In this document: in pieces, positions 49,323-62,075 of the stretch
Layout: every line of letters begins with the position of its first letter
Numbering within the stretch: the first letter of the stretch is position 1
Made by a program: the position numbers and the translations under genes
Source of the DNA: Dipteris shenzhenensis
Lineage: Eukaryota
Length of the DNA: 64,000 nt
Direction: 5' to 3' (one strand)
Assembly (NCBI GenBank): GCA_047967505.1
Contig: CM106538.1
The notes under the pieces: generated by a model
Database searches by the model: none
What the model saw: the letters and a program-made list of their open reading frames with translations, nothing else
Told to the model about the DNA's origin: nothing

Positions 49323-50879
49323 ATGGATACCCCGTCAGCCAATCCTACTCCACCTCCACCGGCCGTGAAAACTATCACTTTCTCTAAAGACGAGTTGCAG
49401 CAGCAAGCTCAAGAAGGATGTAGAGATTGAATGCTCTACCACGTTGCTAGCACGCATCTTCGGGTCTCACCCCTCCAGATCCCAAGCCAGAGACTGGATG
49501 CTTGCGGCTCTCCCCCAGACCTCACTCCACGATTGTTAGATGTCCGTCTTCTGGGACGAGGTTTTTTCCAGGTTGTTTTTGACACTCCACAGGCTGCGAG
49601 CACTGTGCTCAAGGCTGAGTTTTTACACCTGGGACACAGGAAGATTTTCTTTGAAGCCTTTCACATTGGTTTCGACCCAGTAGAGGCAGATAAGAAAATC
49701 TTCTCGCTCTTCATCAGGTTCCCCGGGCTTCCCCAGGTTTACCATCGACTTCTTTCTGTTATTGGGGAGCATTTTGGCGCAGTTGCTGAGATCCCACCCC
49801 TTCCTGGGTTGCCATTGACTGCAGCAGAGGCAACCAAGGCTGATGGGGTTCCTAGAGTTAGGGTCCTTTGCAAGGATCCTAACCTCAAGATGGATCACGT
49901 TTTGATCCAGCGCCCGGATGGTTCCTTTTTTCGCCAGAGAGTGGAGATTTCAGGCAGGCAGGACCAGTGTAGGATTTGCAGGACCTCGGGTCACTTTGCC
50001 AGGGATTGCCCCCAGAAGAAGAAAAGGCCTAAGAAGCCCTCTGGTACAGCTACCGCCCCAGGGCATCGACAGGGGGGACAGGGGGGTGGATTAGACCCTG
50101 CACTTGCCCCTCGACCTCGATAGAGGGGCGGTACAGGTCCAGCTCCTGCTCCTCGTCCTTCGCTTGGCGGTCCTCCTCAGTTAGGTGGTGGTACAGGTCC
50201 AGCACCTATTCCTCGGCCTCGACAGGGAGATGGTACAGGTCCTTCACCTGCTCCTCGACCCCCACCTCCCTCAGGCACATGCGACGCTCTACAGTGGGTT
50301 CTAGTACGTGTTCAGGTCCCTCCTTCAGTTCAGGAGGGTACCTTAGTAGACTCTGCTTCACCTCGAGCTGTCCCTTCTGTCTCACCCTGCACAGTCCGAG
50401 ACGCTGAAGCTTCGACCTCCTCCCCAGTTGCAGCTTCTTCCTTAGATGCAGCAGTGCTAGATGCTCCTTTTGAGGCAGGAGAGATCTCCGCGGCTGGGCA
50501 GACACAGGATAGAGAGCATTCCTCGCTTCCTCCCTTGGATAGGGGGAAGGGGATAGCTTACACTTTTGATCCTCTTCCCTCACAAGGGATCCTTCGCACT
50601 CCGGTGTCTGGCTTGCTCCACAGGAACTCGTTTTCAGCCTTGGCAGAGAGTTCAGATTTCCCAGAGGAGGAGTTTGTGCCCGCTACTTTTGGGGAGCCAG
50701 TGGTTGGGTTTCCTATTGAAAGGGCTTCTTATTCAGGTGCCAGGATTCTTTCCCCTGTTGATTTTCCACCACCTGGTTCCATCCCTCCCTCCTCAAGCAG
50801 GAGGTCTTCCCCTATTGAGGGGTTTGTTTCCGCCACTAGGTCGGGTAAGGTGTTCCACTCTACATCCTCCCGTCGATGA
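49323..50879 (+). pseudogene. L1 ORF1 (DUF4283-like RRM region, CCHC knuckle, Pro/Gly-rich tail)
   Basis: ATG 49323 is in frame with ORFs 49431-50123 and 50454-50879, interrupted by TGA 49428 and TAG 50121. Contains LGRGFFQVVF and CRICRTSGHFARDC. Confidence 0.88.
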
Positions 50880-53800
50880 GGATTATCAGTTGGAACATAC
50901 AGGGCCTAGGTGGCGTCCCACATCGCCGCCGTAGACAGCTGATCCGGGATCAGCTTCATCCAGGTGTTTCTGGGGGTTCCATTGATATATTATTTATTCA
51001 AGAGCACAAGCTGGATTATAGAGATTGTGCCAAGTCAGGCAAGTTGCTTTCTGGCCATACTTTTTGGCCTGCCTTGGGCACCAGGGGAGGCACTTCTATT
51101 TCAGTTTCGCAGTCGGTTCTCCCCTTAGTTGTTGGGCACGGAGTCATTATCCCCTCTAGAGCTCAGTGGATTATTCTTTTGATTGGAGGGCGTAAGGTTG
51201 GCTTCCTTAACCTATATGCCTCCAACATTAGAGGGGAACGTGTCCTTATGTGGAAGACTTTGCTCTCCTGGGCCCCCATTGTGGATTCATGGGTGATTGG
51301 AGGTGACTTTAACATGGTCGAGTTACCGTCAGACAAAAAAGGGGGTAGAGAAGGCGGACTTCACTCTTTGGAGAGAGCAGCTTGGGATGCCTTCCTTTTC
51401 CATTTCTGTGGCAGAGATACTTGGTGTGATGATGCCTTTCTTATTCAGCCACGGTCCCTCCTGTTCTCTTGGTCGAACAGGAGGCAACAGATGCCTATTC
51501 ATGCACGCATTCACAGATTTTATGTAGATGACTGGGCACTAGACAGAAGTGGATCGGTATGCATTGCTGCGGGGGTTTCCACTTCAGATCACTTCCCTGT
51601 TGTGCTGGCTATCTCAGAGCCTCACTTGAGAGGCCGGTCTACCAGCATCAGGATTCCAGGTTTGCTCATGTCCAAGGTGGGCAGCCACATCCATCACATG
51701 TAGCCGCTGCCCTTTCTGGTATTAGCGACTTTTACTGCTCAGTTGCTTGTACCAGGAGACGAGATATTCTCAGACGTGAGATTGGTGTTCGCCAGCAGTT
51801 GGCAGCTTTGCAGAGGGAAGAGCAGAAACGGCCTTCAGATGCTTGGATTCAGGAGCGCCTTGCTGCAGCAAGAGCTCATCTGCAGTTATTGCTTGATCAG
51901 AGAGCAGAGTATGCCTTTCATGCACGGGAGTCCTTCTGGATTCAGATGGGTGGTAGAGTCAATAAACACTTTTTCTCTACTCTTGGCCCTAGACATAGTA
52001 GAGAGAGTGTATCCCAGCTTATTGACTCACATGGGGTTTTACAGACAGAGCCTGATGACGTCTTACACATAGCTTCAGATTTCTATGCCACCCTTCTTAC
52101 TGCTGATCCTGAGACACACGATAGAGAGGATGCTAGACAGGCTATTTGGCAGAGTATCCCTGTGTTGGTGAATCCGGATATGCATGTTCTACTCGACGCA
52201 CCTTTCACCAACACAGAGTTCAGGACTGCACTTTCAGCCCTTCACAAGGGCAAGTGCCCAGGTTTAGATGGCCTCACCCCGTCTTTTTTCATTGCATTTT
52301 GGGATATGATTGGAGACTATATTACTTCAGCCATGCAGGCCATTTGGGACTCTGGCGAGATGCCTGGGTCGCTTACAGAGGGTCTCATCCACCTTATCCC
52401 AAAAGGAGGTAGCAGAAATTTATTGTCCCAGTGGAGGCCTATCACACTTCTGGGGACTTGTTACAAGATTCTGGCCAAGGCTATCAGCCTCCGATTGCAG
52501 CCACTTCTCCCTGATCTTATTCATGACACTCAGACGGGTTTTGTGCATGGCAGAAGTATTTTTGATAACATTTTTTCTTTCTGGGAAGCTTCAGAGTGGG
52601 CCATGCAAAGTGGCCAGAATCTTGCCATTCTACTATTGGATTTTGAAAAAGCTTATGACAGAGTAGATTGGAGTTTTTTGGAGGGCACCCTTCTTCGCTT
52701 TGGATTCACTGATGTTTGGATCAGAGGTGTTTCCTCTTTGTACAGATCAGCCCATAGCCAGGTACTTATTGGTGGGGTAAGGGGTGAGAGATTTCAGATT
52801 TCGAGATCAGTCCGTCAGGGATGCCCCCTTGCTCCTTTCCTTTTTTTGTTCGTGGCCGAAGCTATGAGTATCTATGTTAGATCTCAAGCTGACATCTTTG
52901 GGCTGAGACTTCCCATCAGAAGAGAAGAGGAGCTACTTGACAGTGAGTTGGCTGATGACACAACGTTTTATTTGGATGCCTCTCCACAGACGCTCACTTC
53001 TTTCAGGACAGCATTGGATTTATTTTGCTTGGCGGCAGGGGCGCAGATAAATCGGCATAAATCCAATGGCTTTTGGATCAGTGATGAGGACACTCCAGTT
53101 TGGGGGCTTGACATAGGGTTCACCTGGGTTCAGAGGGGTGTGCCTATCAGGTATTTGGGCTGCCAGGTCGGCTTGGGTATTTCTACCACGCAGCAGTTTG
53201 CTCCCGTGTTGGAGAGCATCAGAAGGAAGCTTCTCTTTTGGAGCTCAGCCAAGCTGGATCTTGCCTCTAGAGTTGTGGTGGTTAACCAGGTCCTCTTGGC
53301 CACAGCCTGGTTTATATGTTCATGTTGGTGCCGTTCTAGGGACTGCATCATTCAGCTCAGAAGACCGATCATGAACTTTCTCTGGAGTGGGCTTGATGGT
53401 ACAGCAGATGCCTTAGCCAGGGTGGCTTGGGAGACCCTCATCCTCCCTACACAGGATGGGGGTCTCAATATTATTGATCCAGATTTACAGTGCAGAGCTT
53501 TACTTTGCAAGATGGTGGTGCGAGGACTTATGCCAGGACAGGAACCGTGGAAGGACTTTCTTATCAGCAGCATACAGAGGTGCACACCTTCCTCAGGAGG
53601 AGACTGGATGAGCAGTGTTAGATGGATCTTCACCACAGCACACCTCAGGTCACCTTCGTCCCCTCTCATGGTTGCCATTCTGAAAGCTTGGGCCAGCTTC
53701 AGAAGCTCCCTTCGGAGGATTCCTCCTTCCTCCCGGGAAGAGATTGATAGGCAGCCCATCATGTGGAACGACAGTATTTTAGATGATCTTGGCAGGCCAC

Positions 53801-55172
53801 TGGGTGCCTCACTCTACATGCAGTGGGCCAGGTGGGAGAGGGGACCTGCTTCTTCTTTGGGATCTTGGAAAGCTTTCCGTAGGCTTCCAGAGGAAACCAA
53901 ATCAAGGTTGACAGGACATCTCAGAGGGAGTGCAGGGAGGATCTTGCAGATTGAGGCAGCCCTTCCAGAGGCTTGGATAGACACAGATGATATGCCTCTC
54001 ACTTCCTCCACTTGGGCAGGTACTTTCTCGAGAGGCGGGGTTCCGCTTCAGGTCTTAGCTTTCCGAGATGCACAGGAGGATACTTTGGTTTTTAGTGTCC
54101 AGGATGGTGGCAGATTGCTCAAGTCCACAGAGGACATCTTGCTTGAGTCTGCTTTTCAGCCTATCAGGGTTGTAGGTCTTTTGATGCAGGGATCAAATTC
54201 AGAGTGTGGTTCTTAGACCCTGACCCCCAGCTACTCTCCACCGGGTCTTGGAGGCTCTGGCTCTATGGAGGAGTTCCCATCAGGTATTTACAGTGGGACC
54301 CCGGAGAGTGGGAGTGGATTGACGCGGGGCATCGAGAGAAGAGCATCCCCTTCTTTCGTTACACGGTCAGTAATGCCAGGAGATTTCAGCTCAGTAGTAG
54401 AGGTTGGAGACCCTCTAGAGTTCCTCATTGGGAGACTTTTAGTATTACTGCGGATCAGCAGAGGTACTTCTGGAGGAGGCTCTGGAAATCCCACAGGAAT
54501 AGAAAGATCACTATCTTCTTTTGGCTTTCTATCCATGGAGGGATTGCAGTGAACCTTTGGAGGTCCAGATTCGGAGCCGACCCTACTTGCCCTCGTTGCC
54601 TTTCTGCTTCGGAGTCTATTCAGCATTGCTTATGGGATTGCAGATAGGCGAGATTGATTTGGATGGGGATAGCCAGGATCTTCAGTCACTTTGCCCATTC
54701 CCCACTTTTTATGACTTGGGGCTCAGTGGCTTGGCTTTCTCTTACAGGACCTCAGGTTTTCTATGAGGGAGTTGACTCCTCAAGGGCCATTTCGGTTCGA
54801 CGTCATCGGGTTGACTTCTGTTCGTTGGATGTGGTACCACACCGTCCTTTTACAGCTGTACATGCCTCTGTGGATACTTCTTGGGAGATTCTAGCGAGCA
54901 TAGCAGCCTGGCATATCTGGAGAGCCAGATGCACAGAGGCTATGGAGGGTACTCAGGTTCATCCCTCGCACACATTGGCTAGTATCTGGACAGACATCGT
55001 ACACACTTTGATGGCCGTTTGGACGGGTATGCAGGGGGACTCTCGTGCAGCCTCAGCTAGGAGGGCTTCTTTCTTCAGGGAATGGAAGGATTCTCCTTTC
55101 TTCTCTGAATCTACTACAGGGTTGAGATGGCACTTTCAGCCTCAGCCTTGGCTTTTTTCCACCTCACTCTGA
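50876..55172 (+). pseudogene. L1 ORF2 (APE endonuclease, RT, zf-RVT-like C-terminus) with 2 frameshifts and 1 nonsense codon
   Basis: SWNIQGL, QEHK, GGDFN, SDHFPV; WRPITLL, DFEKAYD, RQGCPLAP, LADD, RYLG; CPRC..HCLWDC. Lesions at ~51700, ~54205 and 54645. Confidence 0.95.
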
Positions 55173-55333
55173 AGGATTTTTTATTTATCCTCATGATTTC
55201 ATGATGTATTCCGCCTCGAGCTTGCTCTCGCGGGTTTTTGTTCTTACTTAATAGAAGTCTTTTTCATGGAAAAAAAAAAAAGGCAGATCCAACTCAAGTC
55301 TGCATATCCACCTCTGGGTCAGAACCTCTACCC

Positions 55334-55517
55334 TGAGGTGACAAAGCTACCTGATGAGAGGACAGCAAACCACATTCTCTTCAGGAAAAGAGTGTGACTG
55401 GCTGTCACAGCAGCCCGAGTAATGAGGTGACAAAGATACCTGATGAGAGGACAGCAAACCCACCACATCCTCTTCAGGAAAAGAGTGTGACTGGCTGTCA
55501 CAACAGCCCAAGTAATG
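55334..55517. repeat. 89-bp tandem duplication in the host L1 ORF1 C-terminus
   Basis: tgaggtgacaaag(c/a)tacctgatgagagg at 55334 and 55423. Confidence 0.9.
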
Positions 55518-56486
55518 CCAGCACCTGAATTTTCTTCAGGAGTATGGCCATTAGATGCAATACCATTGGAGGTAATGGCCTTCTCGCTGTGACAGTCTTG
55601 CGCGCAGTCTGCCAAACTTCTTGTAAAGTCTTTTCTTTGCCTTTAGATTGGAGGTGGAAGGCAAAGAAGTAGGAGCATTCCCATTAGAAACAAGTGGCGC
55701 TTTGCCTTTATCCTATGCAACATAAGCCTGTTTATTGCCTTTGGTTTTAATCACAGAAAAGCCACCCATATCCTCGTTTTGCTTCTATGCGAGCATAGCA
55801 TCTTCTGGCATCGTTTGCACACGCAAAGGACATTGTGAAGCCATATGCCCAAATTTTTTGCATTCAAAACAAGCACATGCTGATTCTAGCTTGCAGTCGC
55901 CATCAAGCTGATCTTACTCGGACAAAACTTTAGGTGCTCCCCCGTAACCGTTTCTCACCTTCAGGCGAAGTTCTGCTAGGCTGCTGCTCCAGACGAGTTT
56001 TATCACAGACAAAGAATCAAGCATAACTTTTCGAGGTTTGCTCGGATTACTTTGAAGTAAAAAGAAATTTTGTTCCTTAGAAGCTAAGCTACATTTTTCC
56101 CTTCTGGGTCAAAGTCAGATTCTGTTTTGTTTGCGCGATATCAGCATCGCAAATAGGGGGGGTCCTGGCAGTCTGTCATTTTTTCAATGATTGACTGAAA
56201 AGCAGAAAAGCAGCCTTCCTATGCTGCAACAGTAGCATCATCTTTGCCCAATACTAGGCAAAATGAAGTCATCCTCCAAAATAGCCTCGAGCTGCATAAT
56301 GGACCTTGCGAACAAAAAAAACATCTAGTGTCCTTGTCAGCCAATTTCCAACTTCTGCAACAACATGCATACGACCTGGAAAGAAAATAATAACATCATG
56401 CTTTGCATACTCCCTCACAGGATCAACAATGTCATCCACCTCAACCATAAGTCCAACTATGGGAGTTGACTCTTTCCCACACACAC

Positions 56487-59400
56487 ACTTTTTTTGTGAG
56501 TATTCGAGTACTTTATATTACAAGGGAGCTAACCCAGAAAAGCCGGTCAGCTGAAAATGTACATCAGGAGAAAATTTCCATGTAAGACCAATATACATCA
56601 TGATCTATGTATCATGTTTGCAGACAACCGAAAAGCGATTGCTGCAAAGAACGACGGAAAAAAACAAAAGGAGAGAAAACTAGATCACCAAAGACTCTGT
56701 GGTTTCTATGTTTCCAGAGAGTCCAAAGTGCCAAATAGTGAACCCAGGTTAAAAAACAGCTCAAACTCCAGCCGTCGAGGATAGATCCCAAATAGCCACA
56801 AAAACTTGCCAAAGGAAGCCTGAGGAAATCTCAGTCTCGCAGTCTCTGCTGAAGAAAAGTCAAGAAGCTCCGTGTCTCAAGGCAATGCCCAAAAATATGA
56901 GAGATAGATCCCCTTGGAGCTGAACATCTATGACAAATAGCAAAGCAATACGTCTGCACGATAAGAGCTGTCCAGACGCAATAACTCCCAGCAGAACACG
57001 CCAGAGAAAGACCTATTGTCGTAGAGGGACCTTGGAGTGCCAAATACCATTTGACTGGACGATGCAAACGCCAAATTTGATTAGCCATATTTGATGCCCA
57101 AGGTGGAGACAACATAACTTTATATAAAGATGAGACTATAATATGAGGCAGCTTCAAAAGACGAATGGATGAGTGTAGTGGAGTAAGAGACCAATCCTGA
57201 AGCTGTCTTGAAGTTCTAAAGGCGGTACTAGCTGAAAGGATTGAAGCATCCAAGTAATGACCTGCCATACAAGACAGTAATGCATACCTAAACTATATTT
57301 TCAAGCAGCCAAAGGGAAAGATAAAAGAGTGCCATCATCCTGAATGACATTTGCCACAGAGGAAATCCCTTTTGAGTTAAGAAATAATGAGCGTCTAGGC
57401 TCCTACAAAGCCAAAGGCAAAGGAAAGATCCGTGACCAGTGGATGCTCTCAGCTCTCAAAGAGTTACACTGCAAAGAGTCCCGGCCATGCCAAGCCAGAT
57501 GTGAGAGAATATGTTTCCAATCCAAAAACATTTGAGTAACAATAGGGCAACCTTTGGCTGTGCCTTCAATACTGCCCAAGAGAAAATCCCATTGAGAGGG
57601 TTGCCAACAACCAAAAGCAATAGTAGTAAGATGAAGAAGTAGTGCATCATAGCAGCCCAAGGGTGATTACCATGTAGAAACTATAACATCATTTTCCCTT
57701 TATGAGCGAGAATGTGCACATGAATGTTAAGAATATTAAAACCACCATGCATTTTTGGCGAACATAACCTCTGTACAGGGAGTAGGCGCAAGCTCTTCCT
57801 GCCATGCTTTGAACGCCAGAAGATTTCCATGATGACAAACAGACGGATGTAAGATCTCCTTTGGTAAAAAAGATCAATGGCAGATAAAATTGAATGTAAG
57901 CCATCAAAATAGATTGAACAATTCTAAAGCGGGCATGCAAAGGCCAAGTCGCCAACTTCCAATATTCCAGCTTTTTCTTTAGCATAACAAGAACCCAATC
58001 AATCTGTTGACGATGAGAGATTGACCAACCAAGAGAGATTGACCAACCCAACGGATAACAAAGATGACGTGCTATCAGATGGGTGGGACAATTTCTCCTG
58101 GCCAAAGTAGACCGTGCCAATCTTTAGGATGCAAAGGCAACAGACGTAAGTGAAAGTGACATGCTGTAATAATTGCTGCCTTGCTGAAATAACCTCCAGT
58201 GAAGGGGTATCTGCTTTACCAAATTGAGTAGCAAAATGATGAACACAAGCTTCGGCAAGCTGTGCTCGAGAAGCACTCCAAGCACCATCAGAAAAAAGGA
58301 CCCTGCAGATACTTCGAGAGTGCCTCCTGTAGTGTAAGCCTTTTAAAAAGGCTTTGGATGAACATCCTTTATCCATGAAAGCCCTCTGTCGTGCTCGTGT
58401 CTCCCATTTGGAAACTTTTCTATTATCATTACATTGCAAACAATATTTATCCTGGTATAAGATCTGATTTTCTTCCATAGAGAGATTTCTAATATGACTC
58501 AACTCAGTCAAGGATTGACACATATGTTTGGCATGAGCAACATTCTCTCTCAAAGACTTCATGTGAGATTTGCCATAGTTGCGAATAACTGCCTGCATTC
58601 TGTCAATGAAAGCTTCCCAAGCATAGTCAATGCCAAAGCGATACTGCTGTGACAAGGGATGGATGGCCTCAGAGACCATGGCTTTGTATGCATCATGCTG
58701 TAAATAACTGTTATTGACAATGAGTTGTCTTCTTTGAGTAAGCCGATCATCTGGCATGTCATGAAGAGAGATCCTCAACCACAAAGGGGCATGATCAAAA
58801 TGCATAAAAGCATAATCAACCCATAATTTAGGAGTGAGACAATCATAGTGCTAAGGATTAACTCTATACCAACGATCTAGACGAGCCTAATAAGAAGACT
58901 GAGCATTATGATGATAAGAATAGCCTGGCACCATAGGCTGTGATTCTTTCCAAAGATCAACAAGGCTGAGCTAAAGCGATGGATTCGACCAATGATGGCG
59001 CTCAGAAGCCAGCATGTGAGTATGGCCAGAAGTGCCATCACCCTGTTGAGGAGCATTATTAAAATCCCCACAAATAAAGTCATATTGTCACCATGGATAA
59101 GCTTGCATCTCAGCCCAAATTAAACCTCTACTGCGAGAGGATTAAGGTGCATAAACCGAGGCAAATTCAAAAATGTCACCCTGAATGAGACACTGTATAG
59201 TCAGCCATCTGCCTTGGCTATCATTAAAAGCAACCACACTATCTAAAACTCATGTTTCACCAGGAAAACCACACCCGAAAAAGAGTATCTCCTGCATACA
59301 AAATGCCATACCCAGCAAAGTGCTCATATTGACCAGCATACATATTCTTATTATGCTCTTGCAATGCCACTATATCAGGCTGTAATTGATTGAGATAGCC

Positions 59401-59760
59401 CCAGGCAAGTTCCCATTTCCTAGGATCACATAAACCCTGTACATTGAGCGTCAAACACTTTATATGTGACAGCATATTTACAGAATATGTACAGCTGAAA
59501 ACCAAAAGAATCAAGTCTGCATTTCAATCTCAAGATCCGGCCCGCGACCCTGAGAAGAAACAAGTGTCTGCGGAGAAGACAAAAGACCTGTAATTTCCTC
59601 TTCAGGAAAGAGGGTACGACTTGCTGTCATAGCAGCCCAAGTAATCCCAATTCCTGAATTTTCTTCAGGAGCATGTCTGTTAACAGGCACAGCCATGGAG
59701 CATAGTGACAAATCCGGCCATATGGGTTTTGAGCTGCAAATGGCTCAACATCGACCTCGC
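56487..59760 (-). mobile_element. L1-type element (third family) with the RT core deleted
   Basis: ORF1 end 59511-59711; EN LTLNVQGL..QEHN and FDHAPL; linker to ~58160 jumps to the post-RT RHLCYPLGW; C-terminal CHRC..HIFGHC; hairpin and A7 tail at 56487-56553. Confidence 0.88.
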
Positions 59761-60929
59761 CATCCGGGCTTCCGGGCTTTGAGCCTCAAATGGCTTACGA
59801 CAAAGGCAGGCGCCAGGACCATCCAAATCGGCAAGGATAACACAAGAGCCATTTGGATCCCGTATAAAGATAGCACAAGAGCCATTTGAAGACGAAAGGA
59901 GATTGAGAGAATGCCTTGGCATCTTATGGGCCCAAGTGGTTGTAACGAAAGTGAAACAAGGGAGAGCGGTATAAGGAAAAGGGTTGGCCCTCCATTCAAA
60001 AGGTGACTTGTATAAAAGGCCAAATGGGTGACTTTGGTCTTCTTTGTTGTATGTACAAGTTTGGAATACAAGCTCCCTCTTCTCTTCCAAGAGTGTCTTT
60101 AGGTGTTCTCTTGTTTCCTTTATAGTGCTCCATTCCCCTTCACCCTTCCCTTCCCCTCTCCCTCTCCCTCTTCCTCTATTCTCCCATCTCCATGTCTCCC
60201 TCGCTTCTCCCATCTGCCCCTTCCCTCTTCTCTTGTGGAAACACATTGCAACAATCCGGGAGCCGCTTGAGTGACACTTGCAAACGGCTTGTGCCTTGCA
60301 TTGCTCTCACAAGAAGTAGCTTGAAGTAGAGGCTCCGACGGCATTCCTTCAAGATCCCCGCAACACGTGAGTCACCGTTGAGGCTAGACATCTTTGGCAC
60401 CACTGCCAAGGAATTCAAGGTATGCTTTTGCATTGCACTTGCCCTCTCTCATCATTTACCCATTACTCATTGTTTCAAGCTTAACTTGCAGCTTTGATAG
60501 TGGAGTTGTAGGAGAGGAATAAGTGAAGAAGTGTGTGTGTGGACGGAAAAAAGATGAAAACTGTCACTTTTCGTTGGAAAGCATTTTTTATCACGGGAAG
60601 CTTGTTTTTTATGTTTGTTATTGTCTTGAAGTGATAGGAAGATACTTTAGAAGATTGCTAAGGTGTGTGTGATAGCAAACTCCAACAAGAACACCCAAAA
60701 ATGGAGATGGAAGCTCAAATTCGCAGTGGTGCTTGAGTGTTGACAGTCCCACTTGTAGAAATTTCTCATTCATGCACCAAAAGTTGATGTTTTTTGCTCT
60801 TTTTTGTTTAGTATAGGTAGTTTAGGTAGTGCATTGCACCCACAAACACTCAGAGCTGGAACAAAAACTCAAAAATCACCAGAACTCACCAAACAGAGGT
60901 CGGTGAAATTCGTGTTCTCAAACTTTTCC

Positions 60930-61340
60930 TATCCCCATGGGTCGTCGCCATAACGCTATCCACATGACCCGTCGCCATAGCTCTATCCCCACAGTCAAAC
61001 CTTCATTGACCCGTCGGCTTAGTCCATATCCCCATAACCTGACAACTATCCGCCATCTAACCCGCCGCATTAATTAATAGGTGTCAGAATTTGCTATCCT
61101 GCCGGTTTGACAGGTGTTGACTTGTGGCCATGAGCCTATGTCCACTACCCATCGGCTTACTGTCAACCCTACGATGGTCGCCATATTCAAATCCTGTTGA
61201 CTTGAGTATCCCGCCGTGCGCGTCCTTAGCGCTTACCCCACGATCGTGGGCATACCATCTTCACCCCATCCCGCCAACACATGTCAACTCTCTATCCCTA
61301 TGCCCGTCGCCATAACTCTATCCCTACGTCCATGGGGATA
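60930..61340. mobile_element. Non-autonomous TIR DNA transposon (MITE-like, ~410 bp)
   Basis: Perfect 11-bp inverted termini tatccccatgg (60930-60940) / ccatggggata (61330-61340); subterminal repeats gtcgccata(n)ctatcc near 60944, 60971, 61177 (partial) and 61306. Confidence 0.75.
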
Positions 61341-61871
61341 TTTATGGGACAGTAAAAAATATACAGAAATAAATATGAGCCAAAGTGTACTTCCGTGGAG
61401 ATCTCTTATACATGCACTTGAGGTCTAGAAGAAATTTGTCCAAGGAACCCGAGCCCAAGGATAGTGTTTTGAGCTCTCACTCAATGCTAGTGCCTCGGCG
61501 TGAGGACCCCTCTAGCTCCGACAAGACAGAGAGCGTGAACGAGGAAATGCAAGACCCCGGAGGCCCGAGGGCTTCTGAATCCCCCTACACCAGCTTGGCT
61601 CCACCTAACTCCCCTACTCCTTCCGTAGCCTCCAGGTTAAGAGGTACGATATCACACATATTTAGACGGTTGGGCCGAACGGATTCAAGAGACATGGAGA
61701 ACCCTTTCGCCAATATGTCTGCAAAAAGGGAAGGCCAGTAACAACCAGCCCTTGAGCCGTCTTTGTGGACTTAGATCCCACAGCCTTCACAGGACACCCT
61801 AACTTGGAAGGCATGAAGGATGAAAACCCATGGATAAGGGAATTCACAGGGCGAAACCTTGGCCGAGGAAA

Positions 61872-62075
61872 CGCTCAGAGATTGGAGAGACTCTCCCTTC
61901 TTTGCTGAGACTTCTACAGGGTTGAGATGGCATTTTCAGCCTCAGCCTTGGTTTCTTTCTACCTCATTCCTCTGAGGTGTTTTATTACATGCTTAGCATG
62001 GTGTATTTCCGCACAGAGCTTGCTCTAGCGGGTTTCTTTCTTACTTAATAGAAGTCTCTTTTTGAAAAAAAAAAA
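61872..62075 (+). mobile_element. Very short 5'-truncated L1-type 3' end
   Basis: DSPFFAETSTGLRWHFQPQPWFLSTS, then hairpin, ttaatagaagtc and A11. Confidence 0.92.

Larger units (their letters stand above)
48808..55279 (+). mobile_element. Near-intact full-length L1-type LINE (~6.5 kb)
   Basis: Candidate TSD aaggca (48802-48807 / 55280-55285), C-rich 5' UTR, ORF1, ORF2, short 3' UTR with hairpin, and poly(A). Confidence 0.95.
48420..56486 (-). mobile_element. L1-type element (third family), host of the 48808 insertion
   Basis: ORF1 55286-56484 (VHYAARGYF; CFECKKFGHMASQCP at ~55829-55872; EENSGAGITWA). Continues at 48801-48420 with the EN start IKCLTLNV*GFCD..VALQEHN, paralogous to 59250-59700. 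Confidence 0.85.

Noticed and set aside
48678-49378. Extensin-like Pro-rich ORFs and Gly/Arg-rich antisense ORFs
   Set aside because: Low-complexity C-rich UTR that is open in several frames and crosses an insertion junction.
60944-61323. CRISPR-like repeat array
   Set aside because: The repeats are degenerate, irregularly spaced and bounded by TIRs; the context is eukaryotic with no cas genes.
61385-61870. Gag N-terminus or host gene
   Set aside because: No recognisable motif; short and interrupted.
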